Shown: positions 19,845 to 30,626, counted from the first letter of the stretch. The stretch: 64,000 bases of DNA from Planctomycetota bacterium (GCA_016872555.1 VGZO01000008.1:25323-89322), one strand, 5' to 3'. Program-made: numbers and translations. Notes: a model not told the origin generated them from the letters alone.

Positions 19845-21456
19845 GGCGCAGCGCCTCCACCGGATGGAGCCGTGCGGCGCGGAGCGCCGGGAGGACGCTG
19901 GCGGCGACGGCGATCCCCACCGCACCGGCGATGATCCAGGCCACCGTCCACGGATCGACGATCGTCGGGATGCGGAAGAAGTAGTAGATCGAGGGGTCGA
20001 AGACGCGCTGCCCGGTGATCCACTCGACCGCCTCGCGGACGCGGTTGATGTTCCAGGTGATCGCCAGGCCGAGCGCCAGCCCGGCACCGGCGCCGACGAG
20101 GCCGAGGAACAGGCCGTAGCCGAGGAACACGGCCGCCACGCCCCCCGCGCCGGCGCCGAGGCTCTTGAGGATCCCGATGTCGCGCGTCTTCTCGACGACG
20201 ATCATGAAGAAGATCGCCAGGATCCCGAATCCGGCCACGGCCACGATCATGAACAGGAGGATGTTGAGGACCGCCATTTCCATGTCGACCGCCGCGAGAA
20301 GCGGCCCCTGCTTGTCTTTCCAGGTCGAGATCGAATAGACGTCGGCCGGAAAGGCGCGGCGGAGCCGGTCGCGGACGCTGTCGAGATCGGCCCCGGGGGC
20401 GAGGCGGATCTGGATCGAGTTGACGCTCGGGATCCCGGTTTGCGGGTCGACCATCCCGCGGAGCCGCTCGAGGTCGGCGATCGGCACGAACACGAAGTTC
20501 GCGTCGTACTCGCTCATCTTGCTTTCGTAGAAGTCGACCACCGTGAACGTGTCGGTGACCGCCTTGGGGGGCGTGCCCGCGGTCGGGAAGGTGATCTTCA
20601 CGTCGTCGCCGGGGAGGATCAGGAACCGGTCAGTGCCGGTGGAATCGCGGAAGCTCGCCAGGCCGATCCCGGGCACGACGCCGATCGACTGCTCGGTGGC
20701 CGGATCGAAGATGTGCCCCTCGTCCGGTGCCGCGGCGCGGAACGGATCGACGGGTGCCGCGCTCGCCTCCGGCACCGGCGCCGTGACCGTGGCCTGCACC
20801 ACCTCGCCACCGGTGGCGGCGAGGACCGCGTCGACCTGGCGGTCGATCGAGCGCACCGCCCCGTCGCCCGCCGGCGCGGCGCTGATCCCCGTGGCCGACT
20901 GCCGCTCGCGCCAGGCCCGCTCCCGGGCGACGCGCATCCGCCGGTGGGGCCAGCCCGCCCCCTCGAGCGCCGGCCGCCCGGAGCCGCCCTCGGCCTGATG
21001 GTCGACGGTGTCGTAGCCGCCGTCGCGGAGCGCGAACGACAGCTGCCGGCGGTTGTCGGGGTGCTGGAGGTAGCGGGAGAAGTCGCTGACCGCGGCATGG
21101 GTCTGCTCGTCGATCCCGATCAGCATCACCTGGCGCGTGACCCACTGGCCGCGGACCTGGAAGTTGAGCATCGCCGGCACCGCCACCGTCGGCGTCATCC
21201 CGGCGATCTCGTCGCCGGCGGCCCGGCGCAGCTCTTCCATGTGCCACTGTGGATCCTGGAACCCGGAGAGCGAATGGCTCTCGAAGACGAGGTCGGAGAG
21301 GATCCCGTGGATCCGCGTCTGCATCTCGTGGGCGAACCCCGCCATCACCGCGTTGACGACGATCATCGTCGCCACGCCGAGGGTCACGCTGACGACGCTG
21401 GCCAGCGCGATGAATCGCGTGCGGAGGTAGCGGCAGCAGAGGAACAGGACGTACAT
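19837..21456 (-). CDS. ABC transporter permease, FtsX/LolCE family, with large periplasmic insertion
   Basis: N-terminus is RYLRTRFIALASVVSVTLGVATMIVVNAVMAGF. The C-terminal FtsX-like TM bundle ends ...LRAARLHPVEALRHD. Confidence 0.8.
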   Translation of the reverse strand: MYVLFLCCRYLRTRFIALASVVSVTLGVATMIVVNAVMAGFAHEMQTRIHGILSDLVFESHSLSGFQDPQWHMEELRRAAGDEIAGMTPTVAVPAMLNFQVRGQWVTRQVMLIGIDEQTHAAVSDFSRYLQHPDNRRQLSFALRDGGYDTVDHQAEGGSGRPALEGAGWPHRRMRVARERAWRERQSATGISAAPAGDGAVRSIDRQVDAVLAATGGEVVQATVTAPVPEASAAPVDPFRAAAPDEGHIFDPATEQSIGVVPGIGLASFRDSTGTDRFLILPGDDVKITFPTAGTPPKAVTDTFTVVDFYESKMSEYDANFVFVPIADLERLRGMVDPQTGIPSVNSIQIRLAPGADLDSVRDRLRRAFPADVYSISTWKDKQGPLLAAVDMEMAVLNILLFMIVAVAGFGILAIFFMIVVEKTRDIGILKSLGAGAGGVAAVFLGYGLFLGLVGAGAGLALGLAITWNINRVREAVEWITGQRVFDPSIYYFFRIPTIVDPWTVAWIIAGAVGIAVAASVLPALRAARLHPVEALRHD

Positions 21457-21478
21457 CGGAGGCCTCGTGGCGGAGCGG

Positions 21479-22999
21479 TCAGTCGCCGACGGGGCGCAGC
21501 AGCGGGAACAGGATCACGTCGCGGATCGACGACGACTCCGTCAGCAGCATCACCAGCCGGTCGATGCCGATGCCGAGGCCCCCGGCCGGAGGCATGCCGT
21601 GGCGCAGGGCGCGGAGGAAATCGTGGTCCATCCGCGCCATCGACTCCTCGGCCGGCAGGCCGGCGAGCTGCGTGCGGAACAGCTCCTCCTGGAGGTCGGG
21701 GTCGTTGAGCTCGGTGTAGGCGTTGGCCAGCTCCATCCCCGCGACGTACAGCTCGAAGCGCTCGGCGATCTCCGGCCGGCCCGCTTTCCGCTTGGTGAGC
21801 GGGCAGATCGCCGCCGGGTAGTCGATCACGAACGTCGGCGCCACGAGCGACTGCTCGCAGGTGGCCTCGAACAGGTCGCTCTTGATGACGTCGGGGTGGC
21901 GGCCGGTGGTCTCGATGCCGCGCGCGGCGGCGGCGGCAGCCAGCGCCCCGGGGTCGGCCGGATCGCAGCCGACCACCTCGGCGAGGAGGTCGTCGTAGCG
22001 CACCCGGCGGAACGGCCGGGCGAGATCGACGTCGCGCCCCATCCACCGGACCACCGGCGGCGTGCCGGCGGCGGCCGCCGCGGCGGCGACGATCGCCTCG
22101 GTGAGGTCCATCATCGTCGTGTAGTCGCCGTAGGCCTCGTAGGCCTCGAGCATCGTGAACTCGGGGTTGTGGCGCGGGCTGACCCCTTCGTTGCGGTAGA
22201 CGCGGCCGAGTTCGAAGACCCGCTCCAGCCCGCCGACGAGGAGCCGCTTGAGGTGCAGCTCCAGCGCGATCCGTAGCACGAGCGCCATGTCGAGCGCGTT
22301 GTGGTGCGTGGAGAACGGCCGGGCCGCGGCGCCGCCGGCCGATTCCTGGAGCGTCGGCCCCTCGACCTCGAGGTAGCCGCGTTCGGTGAGCGTCTGGCGG
22401 ACGGCGGCGACGATCCGGCTGCGGGCCATGAAGCGCTCGCGCACACCCTCGCCGTGGATCAGGTCGAGGTACCGCTGGCGCTGCTTCTGCTCGGGATCGA
22501 CGAGGCCGTGGTATTTGTCGGGGGGCGTCTCCAGCGACTTGCCGAGAAACGCCAGGGCCGAGGCGAAGATCGTCATCTCGCCGGTCTTCGACCAGCCGAG
22601 CCGGCCGTCGATGCCGACGAGGTCGCCGAGGTCGAGGCAGTCGGCCAACTGCCAGGCCTCGGGGCCGACCTGCTTCTTGCCGATCATCACCTGGATCCGG
22701 CCGCTGCGGTCGGCGAGATCGAGGAACACCAGGCTCCCGGCGCTGCGCTGGAGCATGATCCGCCCCGCCACGCGCACCGCAGGTCCGTCGTCGGCCGGCG
22801 GCTCTCCGGCCGGGCGGCGGAGCGGCTCGCCGGCGGCGCGGACCGTGGCGATCGGTGTCGCGCCGTCGAAGCGGCGGCCCCACGGGTCGTGGCCGAGGGC
22901 GGCGATCCGGGCGAGCTTGTCGCGGCGCGCCTTCTCGAGCGCGGCGGCGACGCCGCCCGAGTCGGAGTCGTGGCCGAAGGGTGAAGGGGGCGGGGGCAT
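21479..22999 (-). CDS. lysS: lysine--tRNA ligase (class II)
   Basis: Start at ATG 22999. Motifs FLDLADRSGRIQV, YLEVEGPTL, RIALELHLKRLLVGG, VFELGRVYRNEG and GIGIDRLVMLL are present. Confidence 0.9.
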   Translation of the reverse strand: MPPPPSPFGHDSDSGGVAAALEKARRDKLARIAALGHDPWGRRFDGATPIATVRAAGEPLRRPAGEPPADDGPAVRVAGRIMLQRSAGSLVFLDLADRSGRIQVMIGKKQVGPEAWQLADCLDLGDLVGIDGRLGWSKTGEMTIFASALAFLGKSLETPPDKYHGLVDPEQKQRQRYLDLIHGEGVRERFMARSRIVAAVRQTLTERGYLEVEGPTLQESAGGAAARPFSTHHNALDMALVLRIALELHLKRLLVGGLERVFELGRVYRNEGVSPRHNPEFTMLEAYEAYGDYTTMMDLTEAIVAAAAAAAGTPPVVRWMGRDVDLARPFRRVRYDDLLAEVVGCDPADPGALAAAAAARGIETTGRHPDVIKSDLFEATCEQSLVAPTFVIDYPAAICPLTKRKAGRPEIAERFELYVAGMELANAYTELNDPDLQEELFRTQLAGLPAEESMARMDHDFLRALRHGMPPAGGLGIGIDRLVMLLTESSSIRDVILFPLLRPVGD

Positions 23000-23207
23000 G
23001 GCGGGTCGCGCAGGGGAGGGACGGCGGCGATTGTCGGGATCGGTGCCGATTTGGAGAAGGGCAGTCGGCGCGGCGGTTTTCTCGGCTGTTTCCCACTGGC
23101 CGGCGGTCGCGCTCCTTTCCCGCCCCCGCCGGCGGTGCGACACTTCCCGGCAGCCGGCGCCGTGCCAGCCGCCAGGGACCTCCCACCTCCCGCTGCCGGA
23201 GCCTCCG

Positions 23208-23585
23208 ATGACATCCCTCCAGCCCGAGACGGTGGCGCTGTTCTGTGTCGAGATCCGCACCGCCCGCTGGGCAGAGCTCGTGGCGTGGTACCGCCACGCC
23301 CTGGGATTACGGGTCCTGATGCGCGGCCTCGACGAGGGCTATGCGCTCGTCGCCGCCGGCACCGCGCGGCTGGCGCTGCTGGCGCGGGCCGACGCCCCCC
23401 CCGACAGCCGCCGCTGGAGCCTGGCGTTCGAGGTCCACGATCTCGACGCCGCGCGGGCCCGGCTCGAGGAGGCGGGCACCGCCGCCCCTCCTCCGACCGC
23501 GCACGCCGAGGGGTTCCGCGAACTGGTCGTCAGCGACCCCGACGGGAATCGCGTCCGCCTCTTCGAGTGGCCGCGCCACGGCTGA
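23208..23585 (+). CDS. VOC (glyoxalase/bleomycin-resistance fold) family protein
   Basis: Start at ATG 23208. Contains FCVEIRTARWAELVAWYRHALGLRV...VSDPDGNRVRLFEW. Confidence 0.7.
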   Translation: MTSLQPETVALFCVEIRTARWAELVAWYRHALGLRVLMRGLDEGYALVAAGTARLALLARADAPPDSRRWSLAFEVHDLDAARARLEEAGTAAPPPTAHAEGFRELVVSDPDGNRVRLFEWPRHG

Positions 23586-23586
23586 C

Positions 23587-23760
23587 GCCATGGATGGCTT
23601 TGTCCACGGACGACGAGTTGGCGATGGAAGCGGTGGTCCGCCGCAGGAGGCGGCGGCAGGTGACCCGGGAAACCCTTGGCGTTTCCCGCGGTCACCCGAG
23701 TGGACTGGTTGCGCCGGCCGTCCCGCGGCCGGAATGGGCCATGGATGGCTTTGTCCACGG
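23587..23760. repeat. 23-bp perfect direct repeats (151-bp period) flanking a near-perfect hairpin
   Basis: GCCATGGATGGCTTTGTCCACGG occurs at 23587-23609 and 23738-23760. An internal inverted repeat GGTGACCCGGGAAAC / GTTTCCCGCGGTCACC lies at 23659-23696. Confidence 0.8.
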
Positions 23761-23765
23761 TGAAG

Positions 23766-24284
23766 TCAGAAAAACGGGATCGAGATCGGGTATTTCCAGA
23801 CCTTGCCGTCGGCGGCTTTGATCGCGCCGACGATCGGCCAGGCGATCCCGACCAGTCCGAGGAGCAGCATCAGCGGGATGCCGATCAGGAAGAAGCTGAG
23901 GATGAACGCCAGGAATCCGTAGAGCACCCAGCTGATGATCCAGTTGGCCACGGCGCGGCCGTGCCGGTCGATGTCGGGCAGGGAATCCTTCTTCACCTGC
24001 CAGATCACGAACGGGACGACGAACCCGGCCAACGGGATCAGGTAGCCGGCGAACTGCGAGAGGTGGAGGAGGATCGCCCAGAACCGGGTGAGTGCCTCGG
24101 GCGCCGCGGAGGGATCGCCTTCGGCATCGGCACTCCGCCCTGCGGCGAGGTCGTCGGCGAAGCTCCTGTCGAGCGGCGAGGCGCGCGGAAGGAGCCGCTC
24201 CTTGGCGGCGACGAATTCCTCGGTCGTGATCGCCCCCGAGCGGTGGAGGGCGGTGAGCCGTTCGAGTTCGGCGAACATGTCCAT
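23766..24284 (-). CDS. SHOCT domain + DUF4870-type membrane protein
   Basis: Start at ATG 24284 (MDMFAELERLTALHRSGAITTEEFVAAKERLL, SHOCT-like). The C-terminal half has multi-TM segments resembling DUF4870. Confidence 0.65.
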   Translation of the reverse strand: MDMFAELERLTALHRSGAITTEEFVAAKERLLPRASPLDRSFADDLAAGRSADAEGDPSAAPEALTRFWAILLHLSQFAGYLIPLAGFVVPFVIWQVKKDSLPDIDRHGRAVANWIISWVLYGFLAFILSFFLIGIPLMLLLGLVGIAWPIVGAIKAADGKVWKYPISIPFF

Positions 24285-24309
24285 CGCTTCGTCCCTCCTG
24301 CCGCCCCGG

Positions 24310-25365
24310 TCACGGTCCCGGCAGCGGCCCCTTCGTCGCCAACCGGACGCGGCAGAGGTGCGAATCGGCGGTGACATACAGCGTCGAGCCGTCGTCGCCG
24401 AACGCGCAGTTGGCCGTCGCCTGCCCCGTGAGGATCGTGCCGAGGTGGGTCCCGTCCGGGGCGATCACGAGCACGCCGCCGGGCCCGGTGGCAAACAGGT
24501 TGCCGGCGGTGTCGACCTTGAGGCCGTCGGGGAGCCCCTTCTTCCGCTTCTGGAACAGCGCCGTGCCGTCGAAGAACGTCTTGCCCGCGTCGAGCGTGCC
24601 GTCGGCCTGGACGGCGAACACCTTCCAGATCGGCGCCGCCGGGTCGGACTGGGCGACGTACAGCTTCTTCTCGTCGGGGGAGAAGGCGATCCCGTTGGGG
24701 CGCGTCATCGTGTCGCACAACAGCGTCACGGCGCCGTCGGGTGTGACGCGGTAGACCCCGCAGAAGTCGAGCTCACGGCGCGGGTCGTCGTAGCCGCCGG
24801 GGAGGCCGTAGGGGGGATCGGTGAAGTAGATCGCCCCCGACGAGTGGACGGCGCAGTCGTTGGGGCTGTTGAAGCGCTTGCCGCCATGGTTGTCGGCCAC
24901 GGTGCGCTTGCCGCCACCGGGTGTCAGCCGGCTGACGCGCCGGTCGCCGTGCTCACACGAGATCAGCAACCCCTGGCGGTCGAGCGTGAGGCCGTTGCTG
25001 CCACGCTCGCTGCCGTAGGCGCCCGGCCCGGTGAACCCGGCCGGCTCGAGGAACACGCTCAGTCCCTGCCCCGGCTTCCACTTGTGGACGCGGTTGTTGG
25101 GGATGTCGGAAAACAGCAGGTGCCCCTCCGCCTTGACCCACACCGGTCCCTCGGCCCAGACGAAGCCGCTGGCGAGGACCTCGATCTTCGCGTCCTTGGG
25201 CACCAGCGCGTCGAAGCGCGGGTCGAGGCGCTCGATCGAGCCGAGCGTGGGCAGCAGGTCGGGGCCCCCCTCCTGGGCCGACGACGACGCGGTCGCCAGC
25301 GCCGTCACCACCAGACCGACCAACAGCAGGATCGAAGGCAGTCTCGGGTGCGCGGCGCGGGGCAT
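24310..25365 (-). CDS. SMP-30/gluconolactonase/LRE family protein (secreted)
   Basis: N-terminus is signal-like. Motifs EGPVW, LLFSDIPNNR, NSPNDCAV, FTDPPYG and RPNGIAFSPDEKKLYV are present. Confidence 0.85.
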   Translation of the reverse strand: MPRAAHPRLPSILLLVGLVVTALATASSSAQEGGPDLLPTLGSIERLDPRFDALVPKDAKIEVLASGFVWAEGPVWVKAEGHLLFSDIPNNRVHKWKPGQGLSVFLEPAGFTGPGAYGSERGSNGLTLDRQGLLISCEHGDRRVSRLTPGGGKRTVADNHGGKRFNSPNDCAVHSSGAIYFTDPPYGLPGGYDDPRRELDFCGVYRVTPDGAVTLLCDTMTRPNGIAFSPDEKKLYVAQSDPAAPIWKVFAVQADGTLDAGKTFFDGTALFQKRKKGLPDGLKVDTAGNLFATGPGGVLVIAPDGTHLGTILTGQATANCAFGDDGSTLYVTADSHLCRVRLATKGPLPGP

Positions 25366-25618
25366 GGCGGATCTCCGGCGGGAAAAGGGCGTTCACTTCA
25401 TCGTAGCGACCGGTCGGCCGCGCTTCATCACTCGAGCGTGGGCGCGAATCTCGCGGAGGCCGGGGTGCGGTCGGAGCGGTGGCGCCGGTCATGCTGCGGC
25501 ACGCACCGCGCCCGGTGCCGGTGGCGGCTCCGGCGGCGGGTGGCGCTGCCGGTCGCGGGCTATATTCGACCAGCGGGGATCGTGCGGGGATCGCGTGGGG
25601 CGGAAGGGCCGTGAGCCG

Positions 25619-27967
25619 ATGAGCGTTGACGCCGAACTGCTCAAGGAGTTCCTCATCGAGTCGACGGAGAGCCTCGACCAGCTCGACCGCGACCTCGTCG
25701 CCCTCGAAGACAACCCGCGCGACGCCCAGCGGCTGTCGAGCATCTTCCGCACCGTCCACAACATCAAGGGGATCTGCGGGTTCCTCGGGTTCGTCAAGCT
25801 CGGGGCGATCGCCCACAGCGGCGAACACCTCCTCGGCCGGCTCCGCGACGGGTCGATCGACCTCGACGAGCGCGTCACCGGGGCGCTGTTGAGCTTCGTC
25901 GACACCGTGCGGGTGATCCTCGGCACGATCGAGCGCACCGGCGGCGAGGGGGACGGCGACTACCGCGACCTCTCGCAGTCACTGGCGACGCTCGCCGAGG
26001 AGGCCGCCGCGGCCCGGGCGCGGAGCGGCGGCGACATCGTCGTCACGCGGCTCACGCCGCCGGGTGCGGCGCCGCCGCCACCGCCGGAACCCGCCCCGGC
26101 AGCCACGCCCGCTGCCGCGATCGCCCCTGCTGCCACGCCCGCCCCTGCGGCCGTACCGGCGACCAGCGCGGTCGTGGAGCCGGTGGCCGAGGTCGCGCCG
26201 GCCGTGTCCGCCCCGCCGGTGGCGGCCCCACCGCCTCCCCCTGCGGCGGCCGCGCCAGCTGCCAAAGCCACCGCCGGCACGCGGCCGACGGCGGCGCCGG
26301 TCAGCGAATCGGCGATCCGCGTCGACGTCGGCCTGCTCGGGGCGCTCGTCGACCTCGTCGGCGAGCTCGTCCTGGCCCGCAACCAGCTCCAGGCGACCGT
26401 CCGGCGCCTGTCGAGCACGCGCGGCAGCGAGGACGCCGAGCTGCTCAAGGTCGCCCACCGGATCGACACCGTGACTGGCGCCCTGCAGACGGCCGCGCTG
26501 AAGACGCGGATGCAGCCGATCGACCAGGTGTTCAACAAGTTTCCGCGCGTCGTCCGCGACCTGGCCGTCGGCTGTGGCAAGGAAGTGCAGCTCACGATCC
26601 AGGGCGCCGACACCGAGCTCGACCGGTCGCTCATCGAGACGATCCGCGATCCGCTCACCCACCTCCTCCGCAACGCCGTCGACCACGGCATCGAGCCGCC
26701 GAGCGTGCGCATCGAGCGCGGCAAGCCGGCCACCGGCACGCTCGCCCTTCGCGCCTTCCACGAGAGCGGACAGGTGACGATCGAGATCACCGACGACGGC
26801 GGCGGGATCCGCGTCGAGGCGGTCCGCGAGAAGGCGATCGCCCGGGGGCTGGTCAGCGCCGAGCAGGCGGCGCTGTTGCCCGACGACCGCGTGTTCCAGT
26901 TCATCTTCGAGCCGGGGTTCTCGACCGCCGCGACGGTGACGGCGATCTCCGGTCGTGGCGTCGGCATGGACGTCGTCCGCACCAACATCGAGGCGATCGG
27001 CGGCACGGTCGAGCTCGACAGCCGCCCCGGCCTCGGCACGACGTTCCGCGTCCGGATCCCGCTCACGCTGGCGATCATGCCGGCGCTGATCGTCCATGCC
27101 GCCGGGCAGCGGTTCGCGATCCCGCAGGGGGCGGTCCGCGAGCTGATCGCGCTGGGGGGCTCGCGTTCGGCGGCGGTGATCGAGGGGCTCGACGGCGCGC
27201 CGGTGACTCGGCTCCGCGACCGGCTCCTGCCGCTGGTCTTCCTCCGCGGCCTGCTCGGTCTCGACGCCGGCGCCACCGCGGCGCCGGCGGGCACGGTGAT
27301 CGTGCTCCGCGTCGATTCGCAGGAATTCGGTCTCGTCGTCGACGGCGTGGCGTTGGCGGAGGACATCGTCGTCAAGCCGATCGCGCGGGCCCTGGTGGCG
27401 CTGGGCGTGTACGCCGGCGCGACCGTTCTCGGCGACGGCGACGTGGTGTTGATCGTCGACCCGCGCGGCGTGGCCCAGGTGGCGCGGATCGCGTCGCGGC
27501 CGCCCGCCGACGAGGCGCCGGTCGCGCCGGCCGCGACCGCCCGCCCCCGGTACCTCGTCTGCGAGACGCAGCGCGGTCGGCGGATGGCTGTGCCGCTCGA
27601 AGACGTGCAGCGGCTCGAAACCTTCCCCCGCGAGCGGCTCGAGGAGGCCGCCGGGCGGCTCGTCGCCCACCGCGAGGGGCAGCTGCTGCCGCTGGCCGAC
27701 GTCGACGCCGTCGTCGAGGGTTCGGCCGAGCCGGTCGGCGGTGCCGTGACCGCGGTGATCGTCGCCCCCGGCCGGGGTGACGTCGGCCTGCGTGTGCGCC
27801 GGATCCTCGAGGTGGTCGAGCCGACGCAGCCGCTCGATCCGTCCCTGGCCGCGGCCGGTCTGCTCGGCACCGTCGTCATCGACGGCCGGGCGATCGAGGT
27901 CGTCGACGTCGGCCGGGCGCTGGCGGCGCCGGCGCCGCGCCTGCTGTCCCGCGGAGGTGCGCGATGA
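25619..27967 (+). CDS. cheA: chemotaxis histidine kinase CheA (Hpt-linker-dimerisation-HATPase followed by two CheW-like domains)
   Basis: Start at ATG 25619. The P1 site is IFRTVHNIKG. Kinase motifs are DPLTHLLRNAVDHGIE, DDGGGI and SGRGVGMDVV. There are two successive CheW-like segments at the C-terminus. Confidence 0.9.
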   Translation: MSVDAELLKEFLIESTESLDQLDRDLVALEDNPRDAQRLSSIFRTVHNIKGICGFLGFVKLGAIAHSGEHLLGRLRDGSIDLDERVTGALLSFVDTVRVILGTIERTGGEGDGDYRDLSQSLATLAEEAAAARARSGGDIVVTRLTPPGAAPPPPPEPAPAATPAAAIAPAATPAPAAVPATSAVVEPVAEVAPAVSAPPVAAPPPPPAAAAPAAKATAGTRPTAAPVSESAIRVDVGLLGALVDLVGELVLARNQLQATVRRLSSTRGSEDAELLKVAHRIDTVTGALQTAALKTRMQPIDQVFNKFPRVVRDLAVGCGKEVQLTIQGADTELDRSLIETIRDPLTHLLRNAVDHGIEPPSVRIERGKPATGTLALRAFHESGQVTIEITDDGGGIRVEAVREKAIARGLVSAEQAALLPDDRVFQFIFEPGFSTAATVTAISGRGVGMDVVRTNIEAIGGTVELDSRPGLGTTFRVRIPLTLAIMPALIVHAAGQRFAIPQGAVRELIALGGSRSAAVIEGLDGAPVTRLRDRLLPLVFLRGLLGLDAGATAAPAGTVIVLRVDSQEFGLVVDGVALAEDIVVKPIARALVALGVYAGATVLGDGDVVLIVDPRGVAQVARIASRPPADEAPVAPAATARPRYLVCETQRGRRMAVPLEDVQRLETFPRERLEEAAGRLVAHREGQLLPLADVDAVVEGSAEPVGGAVTAVIVAPGRGDVGLRVRRILEVVEPTQPLDPSLAAAGLLGTVVIDGRAIEVVDVGRALAAPAPRLLSRGGAR

Positions 27968-28458
27968 TCGCCCCCGCCACCGTCACCATCGGCGCCGAGG
28001 GACCAACGCTGCGGGTCTGCGCGTTCCAGGTGTCGGGGCGCTGGTTCGCGATCGACGCGGCACGGATCCACGAGGTCCTCCGCAGCCAGAAGACGACCCC
28101 GGTGCCGCTGGCCCATCCGGCCGTGCGCGGGCTGCTCAACCTCCGCGGCCGGATCGTGCCGGTGATCGACATGCGGATCCGCCTCGGGCTGGCCGGCAGC
28201 GCGGCGGACACTGACTCGGCCGGGACGTTCGTCGTCGTCGAGGTCGACGACGAGGCGTTCAGCCTGCTCGTCGATCGTCTCGCCGACGTGGTCGAGATCC
28301 CGCTGGCCGCGATCGAACCGGCCACCACGGCCGACCGGCCGGGGCAGGATGCGATCGAGGGAGTCTGGCCGGCGCGGTTCGGATTGGTGCACCTGCTCGA
28401 CACGGCGCGGCTCGTGGCGGCGATCGCGGTTTCGGCCGCGGAAAGGAAAGGGCGATGA
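27964..28458 (+). CDS. cheW: chemotaxis coupling protein CheW
   Basis: ATGA overlap with the cheA stop. Contains [18 protein letters not shown]...[18 protein letters not shown]. Confidence 0.88.
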   Translation: MIAPATVTIGAEGPTLRVCAFQVSGRWFAIDAARIHEVLRSQKTTPVPLAHPAVRGLLNLRGRIVPVIDMRIRLGLAGSAADTDSAGTFVVVEVDDEAFSLLVDRLADVVEIPLAAIEPATTADRPGQDAIEGVWPARFGLVHLLDTARLVAAIAVSAAERKGR

Positions 28459-30626
28459 ACGCGATGGCGGATTCCCGCGCGGCCGGTTCGTGGGTCGGGC
28501 GGATCGGGCGTTTCCTCGGCAACCCGCTGCTGGTGGCGCTGCTGGCGATGTCGCTGCTGCCCCTGGCGCTGACCGGGATCGCCACCCACTGGCTGTCGAG
28601 CGACACGCTCGACGCGTCGTCGCGGCAGAAGCTCGAGGTCGTGCGCTCGATCACCGTCAAGCAGGTGGAGCGCTACTTCACCGGCCTCCACGACCAGATC
28701 GCCGTGCTCGCGGAAGATCCGTCTTCGCTCGAAGCCCTCCGCGATCTCGGTGCCGGATTCCGCGATCTCGGAACGCCGGGTGCGGAGACCGCCGCCGACC
28801 TCGCGCGGACCCGGGCCGATCTCGACGCCTGGTATGCCGCCGAGTTCGCACCGCGCTACCGCGAGGAAAGTGGCGGCCGTCAGGCGTTAGAGGGGCTGAC
28901 AAGGCTGCTCGGCGACGCCGGCGTGCGGCTCCAGGACCTGTACATCCGCCGCAACGAGCATCCGGTCGGCGAGAAGGACACGCTCGACGCCGCCGCCGAC
29001 GACTCGGCCTACACCCAAGCCCATGCCCGCCACCACCCGGTGCTCCGCGGCATCCTCGATCGCTTCGGTCTCTACGACATCTTCCTCGTCGATGCCGAGA
29101 CGGGCGACGTCGTGTACAGCGTCTTCAAGGAGGTCGACTTCGCCACCTCGCTGCGCGGCGGGGCGTTCGCCGAGACCAATCTCGGCAAGGTGTTCCGCCA
29201 GGCGGCCGCTGCCGGCCGCGCCGGAGTGGTCTCGTTCGGCAACTTCGGTCCCTACCAGCCGTCGTACGACAAGCCGGCCGGATTCCTCGCCGCGCCGATC
29301 GTCGACGGCCGCAAGGTCGTCGGCGTCATCGCCTTCCAGCTCCCGCTCAACCGGATCAACGACGTCGTCGGCGAGACGCTCGGCATGGGGCGGACGGGCG
29401 AGACCTACGCCGTCGGTTCCGACCACCTGTTCCGCACCGATTCGCGGTTCCTCGACGAGCTCGGTCAGCAGGTCGGCGAGACGGTGAAGACGACGATCTG
29501 CAATCCCCGGTTCAAGGTCGACACCGTTCCGGTCCGCGACGTCTTCGAGCGGAACGGCAGCGGCACCGGCCCGACGGCCGACTACCGTGGGCAGCCGGTG
29601 CTGTCGAGCTGGGGGCCGGCCCGGATCCACCAGGGCAACGGCCCCGGCGACGCCGACGTCACCTGGGCGGTCGTCTCCGAGATCGACGCCGCCGAGACCG
29701 ATGCGCCGATGCGGCGCCTGCGCTGGCTGTCGCAGCTGATCTTCGGCCTCACGACGCTCGGCGTGGTCTGGCTGTCGGCGCAGATCGCGGGCCGCTTCAC
29801 CCGGGCGGCGCGTCGCCAGGCGGCGCTCGTCGACGGCATCAAGGGCAACACCCACACCCTCGCCAGCGCCTCGGAGGAGCTGACGAGCGTCAGCCAGCAG
29901 ATGAGCGCCGCGGCCGAGGAGACCACGGCGCAGGCGAACCTCGTGTCGGCCGCCGCCGAGCAGGTCAGCAGCAGCACGAAGACCGTCTCGACGTCGGTCG
30001 AGAGCCTCGTCGCCAACATCTACGACATCGCCAAGAGCGCCCAGGACGCCGCCGCCGTCGCCCGCCAGTCGGTCGACATGGCCCGGGCCACGAGCCGGAC
30101 GATGGACGAGCTGGGCAGTTCCAGCGCCCAGATCGGCCAGGTCGTCAAGGTGATCAACTCGATCGCCGAGCAGACCAACCTCCTGGCGCTCAACGCCACG
30201 ATCGAGGCGGCGCGCGCCGGCGAGGCGGGCAAGGGATTCGCCGTCGTCGCCAACGAGGTCAAGGAACTGGCGCGCGAGACCGCCAAGGCCACCGAGGACA
30301 TCGCCGGCCGGATCGAGGCGATGCAGGCCGACACGAGCCGGGCGGTCGGGGCGATCGCCGAGATCGTGGCGGTGATCGAGAAGATCGACGCCTTGCAGAC
30401 GAAGATCGCCCAGGCGGTCGAGGAGCAGTCGGTGACGACCGCCGAGATCGGCCGCAACATCGGCGAGGCGACGACCGGCTCGACCGAGATCGCGCAGAAC
30501 ATCGGCCAGGTCGCCCACGCGGCGCAGAGCACGGCCGAGGGCGCCGCCAACACCCAGGTCTCGTCGCAGGAGCTCGCCCGGCTGGCCCACGATCTGGCGA
30601 AGCTCGTGGAGGAATACCGCTCCTGA
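28455..30626 (+). CDS. methyl-accepting chemotaxis protein with periplasmic Cache-like sensor
   Basis: ATGA overlap with the cheW stop. There are two TM segments flanking a sensor of about 300 aa. The signalling hairpin motif is [37 protein letters not shown]. Confidence 0.88.
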   Translation: MNAMADSRAAGSWVGRIGRFLGNPLLVALLAMSLLPLALTGIATHWLSSDTLDASSRQKLEVVRSITVKQVERYFTGLHDQIAVLAEDPSSLEALRDLGAGFRDLGTPGAETAADLARTRADLDAWYAAEFAPRYREESGGRQALEGLTRLLGDAGVRLQDLYIRRNEHPVGEKDTLDAAADDSAYTQAHARHHPVLRGILDRFGLYDIFLVDAETGDVVYSVFKEVDFATSLRGGAFAETNLGKVFRQAAAAGRAGVVSFGNFGPYQPSYDKPAGFLAAPIVDGRKVVGVIAFQLPLNRINDVVGETLGMGRTGETYAVGSDHLFRTDSRFLDELGQQVGETVKTTICNPRFKVDTVPVRDVFERNGSGTGPTADYRGQPVLSSWGPARIHQGNGPGDADVTWAVVSEIDAAETDAPMRRLRWLSQLIFGLTTLGVVWLSAQIAGRFTRAARRQAALVDGIKGNTHTLASASEELTSVSQQMSAAAEETTAQANLVSAAAEQVSSSTKTVSTSVESLVANIYDIAKSAQDAAAVARQSVDMARATSRTMDELGSSSAQIGQVVKVINSIAEQTNLLALNATIEAARAGEAGKGFAVVANEVKELARETAKATEDIAGRIEAMQADTSRAVGAIAEIVAVIEKIDALQTKIAQAVEEQSVTTAEIGRNIGEATTGSTEIAQNIGQVAHAAQSTAEGAANTQVSSQELARLAHDLAKLVEEYRS

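Noticed and set aside
23051-23821. ORFs 23051..23821(+), 23341..23763(+) and 23339..23758(-), which span the 23-bp repeats (peptides containing MDGFVHG twice).
   Set aside because: They overlap the well-supported VOC gene out of frame. They are Arg/Pro-rich, and the repeated peptide merely reflects the DNA direct repeat.
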